A stretch of DNA of 47,569 nt, from IMG/VR virus record IMGVR_UViG_3300010309_000056, positions 1-47,569 of that record; one strand, 5' to 3'. A program made the translations under genes and the position numbers. The stretch comes from a virus (Duplodnaviria; Caudoviricetes). Shown piece after piece: positions 36,888 through 45,886 of this stretch; within the stretch, counting starts at the first letter, position 1; every line of letters starts with the position of its first letter. The notes under the pieces are model-generated. The model did no database searches. It was not told the origin of the DNA and saw only the letters and a program-made list of their open reading frames with translations.

Positions 36888-38410
36888 TAGAAAACCTTTA
36901 CACCGTATTTTTGTTCCCACAACTCTGCGTCGTGCTCGTCATTGACCATAGGTCTGCCACGAATGTTCAATGATGTATTTAGTAACATTGGTACTCCAGT
37001 TCTTTCGTAATATTCTTCAATAACTTTACGGAATACCGACTCACAATCTTTTTTGACAATTTGGACACGAGCGGTGCCATCTACGTGAGTGACAGGCGCA
37101 TAGTCGTGTTTCGCAATTGACGTAAACTGCATATACTCGTTCATAGGCCCTTCGAAGTATTCATCTGCGAACTCTTCTAGGATAGCTGGTGCGAATGGAC
37201 GATATTTCTGTCGACGTTTAATCGTGTTGACAGTGTCCTGTATATCGAATCGTACGTCCGCGATTAAAGAGCGATTACCAAGTGCACGAGGGCCAAACTC
37301 AGCACGGCCATTAGCGATTCCGCAGTACTTGTGACTAAGAAGATGGTCGACAACTTCAGTCGGGTTAATAGGTCGTTGTATATCATATCCACTATATGGA
37401 CTCCATATTAGTTTATCTTTACCAGTTGCTTTTGCCCAAGACATCGCAGCAGTACCCAGACCAGAACCAGCATCTGTTGGCGAACACGCAATGTGGACTT
37501 CATCGAACAATTCAAATAGACGTGAGTTGATTACAACGTTCTGCGCACAACCCCCAGAGTAACATAGTTTCTTACCATATTTAGCAGCTTCGGTCATAAT
37601 CTGCATAATCGCATAATCAGCGAAGTCTTGTACAGCACGTGCGGCAACTTTGTCTTCTACCGCTTTCACCTTCGCACGTAACTTTTCACGAAACATTACG
37701 CGATCTTGTTCACGTTTAGAGGTTTTGATATCACCGACTGAGATACCTTCCGCAAGTTCTGGAGCAAGGTCTTCTAGGTCTTCCCACCATGAAATCAACC
37801 AGTCGGTAATCGCCTTAGACTCAGGTGAAGTGGCATGGTACGCAGAGAGTCCCATAACAACGTATTCATCTTCGAGTGGACGTAGTCCAAGGAACTTGGT
37901 AACTGTCGTGTAGACGAGACCAACGGACTTAGGGTATTGCCATTCTTTGATGAGATTAAAGTTGCTATCCATGATGGTAGCACACTGTAACTCACCGACA
38001 CCGTCGATTGACACAAGGACTGTATCATGTTTGTCGTCCCACGGACGCGTGTAGAATGCGGCCGCACAATGTGACTCGTGGTGCATATGGTTGACATCGT
38101 ACGTCAGACTATCGGGAATAAGCATACGACCGAATGTTTCTTCTGCGGTTTCCGGTCGTTTAGCTAAATGGTCGGTGCTTCCTTTTACTCCAGTCCCTCC
38201 GCGCATATCGAACTTAACCGTATGGTCTTCATAGAATGATACATGGTCTTCATCTGATACCATATCCCAGAGTTCATCGGGGATAAGAGGATCATTCTTC
38301 TTCTTAGAATATCGTTCGCCGTGAGTAGCGAAATCTACCTTACCTGACTCATCAATGATCGCAAAACCACTGTCGTGATAGTGCTCACTAAACCCTACAT
38401 ACTTCATCAT
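36887..38410 (-). CDS. O-carbamoyltransferase (NodU/CmcH/TobZ family)
   Basis: HDS..ERYS..K, HHESH, IDGVGE, VMGLSAY, GGCAQNV, DAG, EFGPRALGNRS, RPFAP, HVDGTARVQ, LLNTSLN. Confidence 0.95.
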   Translation of the reverse strand: MMKYVGFSEHYHDSGFAIIDESGKVDFATHGERYSKKKNDPLIPDELWDMVSDEDHVSFYEDHTVKFDMRGGTGVKGSTDHLAKRPETAEETFGRMLIPDSLTYDVNHMHHESHCAAAFYTRPWDDKHDTVLVSIDGVGELQCATIMDSNFNLIKEWQYPKSVGLVYTTVTKFLGLRPLEDEYVVMGLSAYHATSPESKAITDWLISWWEDLEDLAPELAEGISVGDIKTSKREQDRVMFREKLRAKVKAVEDKVAARAVQDFADYAIMQIMTEAAKYGKKLCYSGGCAQNVVINSRLFELFDEVHIACSPTDAGSGLGTAAMSWAKATGKDKLIWSPYSGYDIQRPINPTEVVDHLLSHKYCGIANGRAEFGPRALGNRSLIADVRFDIQDTVNTIKRRQKYRPFAPAILEEFADEYFEGPMNEYMQFTSIAKHDYAPVTHVDGTARVQIVKKDCESVFRKVIEEYYERTGVPMLLNTSLNIRGRPMVNDEHDAELWEQKYGVKVF

Positions 38411-38463
38411 TCACCCTTGAATACTATTAAATTTTTATTTATACAAACACTAAAAGGGTCGGA

Positions 38464-39042
38464 TTACCCAGTAATAATATTGTAAATTTCTTTCCAGTTC
38501 TGTACGCGAGTCGCATGACCTTCATAATCCGCATTATTATTATGTGCCATTAAGATAGATTGTAGACCCACTCGAAATCCAACATCCGCATTTTCTGGTT
38601 TATCTTCGACCCAGAAACATTCAGTTCCAAGATAATCTAATAGTACTTCATCTTTATCCGCACCACAGTCGAGGTAAACAAACTTCTCGAAGGCACCGGG
38701 CCCAAACAACTCAATCAAGTTCTTTGTACGTAAGTACTGAGAATAGTGGTTATCACTCAGACTAGTGATTGCGTGGAACACATATCCGTGGTCTGAATGT
38801 AACTTCTTAATATACTTGACCGCATCACGCAATGGTGGTAACTTTCGTATGTTGGCAGATTCGTTAAACATACGAACTAACATTTTGGCAAATGGTTTCT
38901 CTAAACCGTATTGCTCGGCAACATCATACACTTCAGGTTTATGTTGAGTAAAACCGTGACGAGTCATCCATTGGTCGAATGCGTACATCCAATCTAATAA
39001 GACACCATCACAGTCAACTAAAATTACTTTATCTTTCTTCAT
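38464..39042 (-). CDS. HAD-superfamily phosphatase / 5'-nucleotidase-like
   Basis: ILVDCDGVL, AITS, K, WVEDK; start moved to MKKDK. Confidence 0.8.
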   Translation of the reverse strand: MKKDKVILVDCDGVLLDWMYAFDQWMTRHGFTQHKPEVYDVAEQYGLEKPFAKMLVRMFNESANIRKLPPLRDAVKYIKKLHSDHGYVFHAITSLSDNHYSQYLRTKNLIELFGPGAFEKFVYLDCGADKDEVLLDYLGTECFWVEDKPENADVGFRVGLQSILMAHNNNADYEGHATRVQNWKEIYNIITG

Positions 39043-39206
39043 TATAATACACCATCTCTCACATCTTTCATTATATAAAATACTTCTTCTTCTGTATACC
39101 CCAACTCTACTAATAACTCTCTTTTGAGGGCACTCCAATCAGGATTCTCTGCGTCATATATGTAACGTCTTATCGTTTGGGCAATAATTGAGTCTTCATA
39201 CTCCAT
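39042..39206 (-). CDS. Small hypothetical protein
   Basis: MEYEDS.. after GAGG SD and a promoter. Confidence 0.55.
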   Translation of the reverse strand: MEYEDSIIAQTIRRYIYDAENPDWSALKRELLVELGYTEEEVFYIMKDVRDGVL

Positions 39207-39240
39207 AAAAAAACCTCTCTGTTCATTCAAATACCTAGGT

Positions 39241-39269
39241 ATTATACAATAAATCAGAGAGGCTGTCAA
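39241..39269 (-). promoter_or_regulatory. Sigma70-type early promoter
   Basis: TTGACA-17-TATAAT. Confidence 0.85.
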
Positions 39270-39288
39270 GGCTTATTTTGAAAATATC

Positions 39289-39450
39289 TTAACTAATTTC
39301 GTTTATCCGTGTACGTAGAGTCTGTATCATTGCTATATTCTTAGCAATAGCGTATAACATAGGATTCCCGTTATCGATATCATTCATGTCATCCAGACAT
39401 TTACTATACTCTTCATCTAATATAGCCAATACCGTATCTTTGTCTATCAT
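39289..39450 (-). CDS. Small hypothetical protein
   Basis: MIDKD..; ATGA overlap. Confidence 0.5.
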   Translation of the reverse strand: MIDKDTVLAILDEEYSKCLDDMNDIDNGNPMLYAIAKNIAMIQTLRTRINEIS

Positions 39451-40295
39451 GGTATTAATGCTCTTTCCCACGGCATCTCCTTAAACCTTCGATCATTCCA
39501 GTGCCTGACCATGTCGACCTTCCACTCACCACCGGTATAGTGACAGAACCTAGCAATATCAAAGAACTTCTCTTCGGTGGCGTAGTGCGGACTGTCGTTC
39601 CACGACTGGTCAATGGTCTCTACATCAAAGTCATGTTTCATCAACTGTGCTGAGATGTACGGTTGGTCATTCATGATTGACATATGGAAGTCTCCAGTAT
39701 AACACCAATCTTCCCACTTGTCAAACAATTTACGCGCTTTGAGCCGTGCCTCTTTAGTCCATATGACAACACCCGTATTCATGATAAGTATCTTAGACGG
39801 ACGATTAGGCGGCATCACGGGGACGATAGGACAGTCGTGCATCTCAAACTTACGAGCAAAGTCACGATATGTAGATTCTTTATAATCCCAAGAGTTATAA
39901 CCACCACCATTTGCGGTAACGAAGTCTGACTCTAGTACGCCATAGACTTCGGCACCACTTTGAGTATGGTCGAAAATATCTTCTTTGGTGTTTACTACAA
40001 TGTCTGTATCAACGAATAGTACATCGTCATACTGATCAAACATGGGGTCTAACCAGATACGTGCGCACTCATGTAATAGAGAAGTTGAACACCCATGTCC
40101 CTTGGTAGCGACACGTTCATCAGAATAGATATGATCTGCGCCAATATGTTTGGCATAATGTTCGAAGGACTTACGAGAGATACTTGCTACTTCTTTATAT
40201 AAAGAAGAACGTGTTCCATCCCATCCTTTAATATCACCACGTGCGTCTACCGCATCGCTTACAATCATGTATTGAAATATTGCGTTCTTAGACAT
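39447..40295 (-). CDS. GT-A glycosyltransferase (GT8/GT34-like)
   Basis: YA..IGADH, YDDVLFVDTD, MNTGVVIW, DQPYI, WN, FCHY. Confidence 0.75.
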   Translation of the reverse strand: MSKNAIFQYMIVSDAVDARGDIKGWDGTRSSLYKEVASISRKSFEHYAKHIGADHIYSDERVATKGHGCSTSLLHECARIWLDPMFDQYDDVLFVDTDIVVNTKEDIFDHTQSGAEVYGVLESDFVTANGGGYNSWDYKESTYRDFARKFEMHDCPIVPVMPPNRPSKILIMNTGVVIWTKEARLKARKLFDKWEDWCYTGDFHMSIMNDQPYISAQLMKHDFDVETIDQSWNDSPHYATEEKFFDIARFCHYTGGEWKVDMVRHWNDRRFKEMPWERALIP

Positions 40296-40731
40296 TTTCT
40301 AACCTTACCATTAATCGTTCGGCACGATTTGTCACTTGCTTGTGCCAACGCGAATCCCTACCTTCAATAGCAGCGGTTTTCCAATCACCATTATTAATTG
40401 CGGTATTCATGTTCTTGAATTGGCTCAGTCTCGGTCGACCCATATTAAACATCATGTTAACCAAGATTTGTTGGACTTCGTCTGGTAGACAAGAGAACCC
40501 GTCTCCGTATAGTACAGTGCATTCGGAGATTGCTGTGTCGAGGTCTTGGTCGAATGCCTCAGCAACTCTTTCTGGGGAAACTTGTGTTCCGACCTTAGCG
40601 CCGAACTCGCCGTCACTTTCCTTGATAAGGTGACCCACGCCGAACGTAGGATAGTTGAGGTGGTCGAGGTAAACCTCATAGACAACTCCTTCATCAATTT
40701 TCAGTTGCTCAAATACTTCTTCGCGATTCAT
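40288..40731 (-). CDS. Endolysin, T4-lysozyme-like (GH24)
   Basis: LKIDEG..VYLDHL.YPTFGVGHL..LVNMMFNMG..F..DSRW.KQV.NRA.RL. Confidence 0.9.
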   Translation of the reverse strand: MNREEVFEQLKIDEGVVYEVYLDHLNYPTFGVGHLIKESDGEFGAKVGTQVSPERVAEAFDQDLDTAISECTVLYGDGFSCLPDEVQQILVNMMFNMGRPRLSQFKNMNTAINNGDWKTAAIEGRDSRWHKQVTNRAERLMVRLENV

Positions 40732-40743
40732 ATTATTAATACT

Positions 40744-40986
40744 CTATGTTTTGATGGTATTATCTTTACCAGATGTTTTCTTGATATGTTTTAGATGTTC
40801 CTGCCAACCAGCACCAGCCATAGTAAGCGCAGACTTGGTACCTGATACTATAGCAGGTACGGAACCTTGTGGATAGTAGCGTTCCCAATCGGGATTGTCT
40901 TTACGCCAATCGTCATATTGGGAAATCCGGAGAAACACACTTTGTGTCTCTCCGCTTTCGTTGTGCTTGAAATCATAATTTGGCAT
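40744..40986 (-). CDS. FmdB-like small protein (Cys-less)
   Basis: MPNYDFK..GE..NP..GWQEHL..IK. Confidence 0.6.
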   Translation of the reverse strand: MPNYDFKHNESGETQSVFLRISQYDDWRKDNPDWERYYPQGSVPAIVSGTKSALTMAGAGWQEHLKHIKKTSGKDNTIKT

Positions 40987-41068
40987 AATGTGACCATCCT
41001 ATATTTTAATCAATCGATACGACAAGAATCTCACTCATACGTTCTTGAAGAGATGCGTCACCTCCTTA

Positions 41069-41182
41069 TCAGTAAGTTAAATAACTCTGGATTGCGTTCG
41101 ATGTTCGATAACTCGTTCGCTCTGATAATGAATTTCTTCGTCGCAATGATGCGACATATAACTGCTTCTCTAAATTTAACAT
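41069..41182 (-). CDS. Possible 37-aa peptide (not in ORF track)
   Basis: AGGAG SD then MLNLEKQLYVASLRRRNS.. Confidence 0.4.
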   Translation of the reverse strand: MLNLEKQLYVASLRRRNSLSERTSYRTSNAIQSYLTY

Positions 41183-41219
41183 ATGATACTCCTAAGTAAG
41201 TTTAAGTTTCAGATCATAA

Positions 41220-41660
41220 TTAAGATTTGATTAGGGATGGGTATGCCTCCTGTACTAGTTTTTTGGTTAAAAATTTAACGGGGGTTTTCTTATTCGTCAT
41301 ACTTACGACAAATTCTGCGTCTTCGGGGTGAATAGATTCTAGCGTCTGAACATAGATGCTTTCGCGTCTGTATGCTGGGAGGTCATCGCCAGCCCCACCC
41401 TTGACGAACAACCCGAATCGTTTGTGTAACTTCAACAAAGTCGAAGGTACTGACTCAGGTTTGTTTGGAGTGAACGGAGGTCTACCTTCAGGTAGGTTAA
41501 ATACTAGAGTGTCATCATAGGTACCTCGAAGGATATCCTTAAACGCTCCGACGGATGCGTATTTTTCCAATACTGCTAATCGACTTTGTTTATTGGTTGC
41601 TTTAGAGAACTCTTCGAATATTTCGTAGACTTGTCTTCGTCGTTGTTGCGTTTGTGCCAT
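41220..41660 (-). CDS. Conserved T4-like protein (DUF6433-like)
   Basis: F.LPEGRPP..RRE.IYVQ.LESIHP.DAE..KK..K.LV..AYP.L. Confidence 0.75.
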   Translation of the reverse strand: MAQTQQRRRQVYEIFEEFSKATNKQSRLAVLEKYASVGAFKDILRGTYDDTLVFNLPEGRPPFTPNKPESVPSTLLKLHKRFGLFVKGGAGDDLPAYRRESIYVQTLESIHPEDAEFVVSMTNKKTPVKFLTKKLVQEAYPSLIKS

Positions 41661-41663
41661 GAT

Positions 41664-41915
41664 CTATACCTTACTGATTAAATAACATTGATATGTCGCT
41701 TTACCGATAACTATCTCTTCTTTGTTCTTACAACTCTCTAGTAAGTTGCTTAAGACAAAATCGTATCGTTGTACAAGCAATTGATGCTCGATATCTTTTT
41801 GATTCGATAGTAGTATATATTCATTTTTTATCGATACTGCTACAGAAGCCCAGACTAGTGAATATATAGTCAACAAAATTAATGCGGTACTTAGTTTAAT
41901 TTTCATAATAGACAT
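41664..41915 (-). CDS. Hypothetical protein with N-terminal TM/signal
   Basis: Hydrophobic N-terminus. Confidence 0.55.
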   Translation of the reverse strand: MSIMKIKLSTALILLTIYSLVWASVAVSIKNEYILLSNQKDIEHQLLVQRYDFVLSNLLESCKNKEEIVIGKATYQCYLISKV

Positions 41916-41960
41916 CTTTTATTATCTATTTATCTAATTACCTAAATTCAACCGCCATAA

Positions 41961-42143
41961 TTAATATCCGCCTTTATTAAACCAACCCTTACCTTTGAGT
42001 TGGAAACCATTTCCAGGCACGATTATCTTATCAAGTGTCTTTTTCTCGCATACAGGACATTCAGTTAACTTATCGTCCGACATACTTTGACGTATGTCGA
42101 ACTGGTGTTCACACTCTTTACATTTATACGTATAGGTCGGCAT
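41961..42143 (-). CDS. FmdB-family zinc-ribbon protein
   Basis: MPTYTYKCKEC..CPVC..FQLKGKGW. Confidence 0.88.
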   Translation of the reverse strand: MPTYTYKCKECEHQFDIRQSMSDDKLTECPVCEKKTLDKIIVPGNGFQLKGKGWFNKGGY

Positions 42144-42562
42144 TATCTAAACGTTACCCTATCCCATTCTTCGGGACTCGCATCATTAAGTCTTCGACCA
42201 GAATCATGTAGATCCTCAGATGTTTGGGAATAACGTTCATCAGCAACAGGTTCTTCATCCTTAAACATTGCTTCGAGATTAGACAGCATGGAATCAATAG
42301 TATTTCTAGACCGAAGAGCCTCCTTCTCATAGTCGTAATACTCACCGAGACTCTCTTCGTATGCTCTCCACAATCTCTCAAATTTTACTGAGTATAATTC
42401 CTTAACACCCAACATCAGATTCATAATCTTGTCAGCATGTTCTGGTTTCATACCAGTAAAGAACTCATCATCTCCAAAGTATTGGAGTAAAACGTCGACA
42501 TCATCTACCACTCTCCAGCAGTCCATGATTTCGGTTTCTACCTTTTGTATTTTATTAGTCAT
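42143..42562 (-). CDS. Hypothetical protein
   Basis: E.EIMDCWRVVDD..N..LG..ELY..KF..LW pattern. Confidence 0.65.
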   Translation of the reverse strand: MTNKIQKVETEIMDCWRVVDDVDVLLQYFGDDEFFTGMKPEHADKIMNLMLGVKELYSVKFERLWRAYEESLGEYYDYEKEALRSRNTIDSMLSNLEAMFKDEEPVADERYSQTSEDLHDSGRRLNDASPEEWDRVTFR

Positions 42563-43058
42563 TTTGGACTCCAAATAGTACTGTTTTCAAATCAGGTTCA
42601 CTGAAAGTCGGCGGTTTCATAATCTTGCCAGTTTCTGGATTGCGCACAGCAACACCATCGACAAACTTGCTCATGTTAGATCGTTTGACCTCCTGCCAGA
42701 CATCATTAAAATCGATATCAAGACTTGATGCCATACCCATGATAACCCACACCATGTCCGCCAAAGCATCAGCAACCTCTACAACATCGCCTGCGTTGTA
42801 CGCCTCTAAACACTCAATATACTCTTCAGTAATCAAATCCATATACAATTGAATCTGGTCATGGTTTTCATTTGGAGTAGCATAAAGATGTGGGCCTGAT
42901 AATTCGCACGGAATTTCCTGACCACCAATCATCATAAACTGTTCTACATCGTCCTGATAAGTAGTGTCCTTGTTCATCGCCTGTTGGAAATGAAGGAGAT
43001 CGAGTTTACGACCTTGCGTAGTACGTTTATCTTCTTTTGGGGTTTCCATATTGTTCAT
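42555..43058 (-). CDS. MazG/HisE-like nucleoside triphosphate pyrophosphohydrolase
   Basis: LITEEYIE..VEVADALAD..EV.RSNMSK..GKIMKP..PDL. Confidence 0.85.
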   Translation of the reverse strand: MNNMETPKEDKRTTQGRKLDLLHFQQAMNKDTTYQDDVEQFMMIGGQEIPCELSGPHLYATPNENHDQIQLYMDLITEEYIECLEAYNAGDVVEVADALADMVWVIMGMASSLDIDFNDVWQEVKRSNMSKFVDGVAVRNPETGKIMKPPTFSEPDLKTVLFGVQND

Positions 43059-43083
43059 TGCCTGTTTAATAATTTATATGTGA

Positions 43084-43112
43084 AGTATACACGATTATAG
43101 TCTGGGTGTCAA
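43084..43112 (-). promoter_or_regulatory. Sigma70-type promoter
   Basis: TTGACA-17-TATACT. Confidence 0.75.
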
Positions 43113-43115
43113 GTC

Positions 43116-43919
43116 TTACCAAGGCGTCTTAATTTTCTTGAATGGTTTGGAGATTGCGTCTCCCGCTTTCTTTCCGGTATCAACAACAGCATTACCCGCA
43201 TTGTTGATTGGTTGCGCAACTTGCTCGACCGCTTTAGTAGTTTCTTTTACCACTGTGTTAGCACCGTCGACAACTGCTTCTTGTGCTGGTTTGGTATCTA
43301 CTGAAACACTGGCATCAACATCAACACCAACGATTAGAGCAACTTTACCATCAACACCAATAGTAGCAACACCATCATCCATAGTGGCACCTCCACTAAC
43401 GTTACCACCTACTTGTGCGCCCGCACTTACACCTGCGCCTACTTGTCCACCATTGCCGCTATCATCGTATGCGCCAGTGGATGCTCCAACACCAACACTT
43501 GCTCCGGCGACCGCTCCCGCATGTCCTTCGACACCATCTGCTCCGACACTACCGCCTACGCCTGCTTTTGCTTCAGTTTTTGCTCCCGCAGACACACCTG
43601 TAGTAATTGTCACGTCACCAACATCTGTTGACACATCTGCTCCCGCTTCTACACTCGCACCTGCGGAAACGCCTGCTTCAGCTGTCGCATTACGTCCATC
43701 AAATCCCGCCTCAGCACCTGCGTCAATATGTACTTCTGCCTGTGCGTGTTGACCAGTTTCCACATCACCGAATCCATCGATACGAGTTTCCTGATTCGCC
43801 TCTGCTCCGGCATGTGCTTCAACGCCTGCGCCAGCACTTACGCTGCTATCTGTTTGTTCGGTACCTACTGATGCACTAGCACCTGCTTGATCATTTCCTG
43901 CTTTTACTTCTTCGGACAT
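43116..43919 (-). CDS. Gly/Ala/Val-rich repetitive beta-strand protein
   Basis: Repeats such as AGAGVEAHAGAEA, AEAGVSAGASVEA, GHAGAVAGASVGV. Confidence 0.75.
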   Translation of the reverse strand: MSEEVKAGNDQAGASASVGTEQTDSSVSAGAGVEAHAGAEANQETRIDGFGDVETGQHAQAEVHIDAGAEAGFDGRNATAEAGVSAGASVEAGADVSTDVGDVTITTGVSAGAKTEAKAGVGGSVGADGVEGHAGAVAGASVGVGASTGAYDDSGNGGQVGAGVSAGAQVGGNVSGGATMDDGVATIGVDGKVALIVGVDVDASVSVDTKPAQEAVVDGANTVVKETTKAVEQVAQPINNAGNAVVDTGKKAGDAISKPFKKIKTPW

Positions 43920-44182
43920 TCTGTTTCTCCAATTAGTGTAATATATTGAATATCTTTTTGTTGTTTGATTTGTTCTATTTGTAAACTTCTCACTGACTCT
44001 GAGTTTTCGTGAATAATTTTACTAGAGTTTTGAATATGTATCTCCAATTTACCTATCTTAGCTAAAAGAGAATCTACTTTGATTTCGTAACGTACGACAA
44101 CACTGGTCATCGCAACTACTGCCACAATAACAGAAATGATAGTTTTTAAACTTATTTGTATCTCAGTATTGTCGTCTATCAT
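43904..44182 (-). CDS. TM plus coiled-coil small protein
   Basis: IISVIVAVVAM segment followed by heptads. Confidence 0.6.
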   Translation of the reverse strand: MIDDNTEIQISLKTIISVIVAVVAMTSVVVRYEIKVDSLLAKIGKLEIHIQNSSKIIHENSESVRSLQIEQIKQQKDIQYITLIGETECPKK

Positions 44183-44344
44183 CTATGAGTCGTCCTGCGT
44201 AATAAAGATTTTGAGGGTGCGATTATCGTCTTGTAGACTGTATTGAACACTTTCATTTTCACGTAAGTAACGAACGTAGGTACGGCCTTCGCAGTCTATC
44301 ACTTCAAATCTATTGATGTTATTCATTTCATTAGGGGTCATCAT
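44183..44344 (-). CDS. Small conserved phage protein (53 aa; not in ORF track)
   Basis: NRFEVIDCEGRTYV..SLQDDNRTLKIFI. Confidence 0.65.
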   Translation of the reverse strand: MMTPNEMNNINRFEVIDCEGRTYVRYLRENESVQYSLQDDNRTLKIFITQDDS

Positions 44345-44727
44345 CTTAGTAGCTCCTTCCAATCCTTACAAGTTCTTTTGTCATCAGGTTCCACCAGTTC
44401 GACTTTAACATCCCCTGAAGTTCCTTCACTAACTTCCTGCATTTGTTTCCATATACCGGCAGTATTCATTCTCAGACATTCCTGAGTCTTGTCGCATATG
44501 TATCGACTACCACTACCACCAATAAAGATAAAAGAATCAGCGGTCTCTTCAACGTCAACGATACCACTGTTCAGTCTCCAAGAGTCGCCATCGAGATAAC
44601 CACCTGACCAACCACCGAGCACTTTGTAAAAGACTTTTTCTTTTCGTCCGTAACCAGTGTTGCCACTTTTTACTTGTTGGGTAAATTTAATGACAACCCA
44701 ATTGTTTGGTGTATAGTCACTCATCAT
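44341..44727 (-). CDS. Conserved phage hypothetical protein
   Basis: YTPNNWVVIK..YKVLGGWSGGYLDGDSWRLNSGI. Confidence 0.75.
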   Translation of the reverse strand: MMSDYTPNNWVVIKFTQQVKSGNTGYGRKEKVFYKVLGGWSGGYLDGDSWRLNSGIVDVEETADSFIFIGGSGSRYICDKTQECLRMNTAGIWKQMQEVSEGTSGDVKVELVEPDDKRTCKDWKELLR

Positions 44728-44942
44728 TTCTCTCCGTGCGCGGCATCCCATTCACCAAATATTTCTGGCGCCTGTTCGGCGGCTTGTTCCATGTAGTACT
44801 CGCCTGGATAATGTTTCAAACAATGATATGCTTCTTTACGTACTTCGGACGGAACCCTAGGAGTCTTCTTAGGATCCATTAAATCAACTAGGAACTGCCG
44901 CGTGTTATTTACCGCCCGCCTGCGTTCATTCGGCATAGTCAT
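44724..44942 (-). CDS. BPSL0761-like small protein
   Basis: MTMPNER.RAV..FL..L..PRVP..VR..A..LKHYP. Confidence 0.65.
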   Translation of the reverse strand: MTMPNERRRAVNNTRQFLVDLMDPKKTPRVPSEVRKEAYHCLKHYPGEYYMEQAAEQAPEIFGEWDAAHGEK

Positions 44943-45157
44943 TATTCAGGCACTTTCCAGTAAGACAAGATTCGCTCGTACGCATCAATATCCTTGCGGA
45001 GTTCTTCTTTGTCTAATTCAGGGTCGTTTACCACATGTATATTGACATTAACGCCTTTATCGTAACTCGCTAAATCTTTACGGGCCCACTCCAAACTCTG
45101 AGAGAGTTCAGCTAACATAATCCGTTCAATCGAATCGTCTGATATTTCAATTTTCAT
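44942..45157 (-). CDS. Hypothetical protein
   Basis: 71 aa, coupled. Confidence 0.6.
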   Translation of the reverse strand: MKIEISDDSIERIMLAELSQSLEWARKDLASYDKGVNVNIHVVNDPELDKEELRKDIDAYERILSYWKVPE

Positions 45158-45318
45158 TTGTCTTCCTCGTCTTCAATTTTATTACCATAGTAATCATGCG
45201 TACCTTCACGGTACTGTCGTCTGCGTTCGCTGAGCATCTCGGTAGATGTCATCACCACCATGAGACCTAACACTACTAGTATTAAAGAAACTATCACTGA
45301 AATTATATCTACTAACAT
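45154..45318 (-). CDS. Small membrane protein (54 aa; not in ORF track)
   Basis: MLVDIISVIVSLILVVLGLMVV..YREGTHDYYGNKI; overlaps both neighbours. Confidence 0.6.
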   Translation of the reverse strand: MLVDIISVIVSLILVVLGLMVVMTSTEMLSERRRQYREGTHDYYGNKIEDEEDK

Positions 45319-45512
45319 TATATATCTCCTAATTTTGGGAAGGATGACGCAACATAATCGCTAACTTCTGAATGAACCATGTAGTCATATGCGCTACTTG
45401 AGTGACACCTTGCGATTTCTCTAGCGTCTTCGTGACACCTTGCCTGAAGTGCGAACGTACGAGTCCGACAGTTGTAATCATTATCCCACTCCTCTATCAA
45501 AAAATATTTCAT
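45318..45512 (-). CDS. Hypothetical protein
   Basis: 64 aa, coupled. Confidence 0.55.
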   Translation of the reverse strand: MKYFLIEEWDNDYNCRTRTFALQARCHEDAREIARCHSSSAYDYMVHSEVSDYVASSFPKLGDI

Positions 45513-45886
45513 TCCACACCTCTCAATAATAATTCATGCTCCATACATGCTCTATGAATCGCGTTCACATTGAGTTTTAGTACTGCTTCCAAATGACCAG
45601 TTTCCATATCAGCAATACGAATATACGACAATGGTTGGTCTCCATTGATACCATAGGTTCCCCATGAGAGAACCACTCGCTGAACTTCGTGAGGTTGGTC
45701 GTCATAGAGAGATAGGTCTACTTGATCTTCATGAACAGAGCGTCTAATATAATCCAGACCACCATCAACCATATACACCTTACCGTTCTCATCAGTATGG
45801 GTAACAAAGTCATGCCGGTGACGGGACTGGATTACAGTCCCATCTGGCGTTCTCATTGAGTTTAGTATCAGATTCCATCCACTCAT
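45509..45886 (-). CDS. Conserved phage hypothetical protein
   Basis: TPDGTVIQSRHRHDF..MVDGGLDYIRR..WGTYG..G. Confidence 0.7.
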   Translation of the reverse strand: MSGWNLILNSMRTPDGTVIQSRHRHDFVTHTDENGKVYMVDGGLDYIRRSVHEDQVDLSLYDDQPHEVQRVVLSWGTYGINGDQPLSYIRIADMETGHLEAVLKLNVNAIHRACMEHELLLRGVE

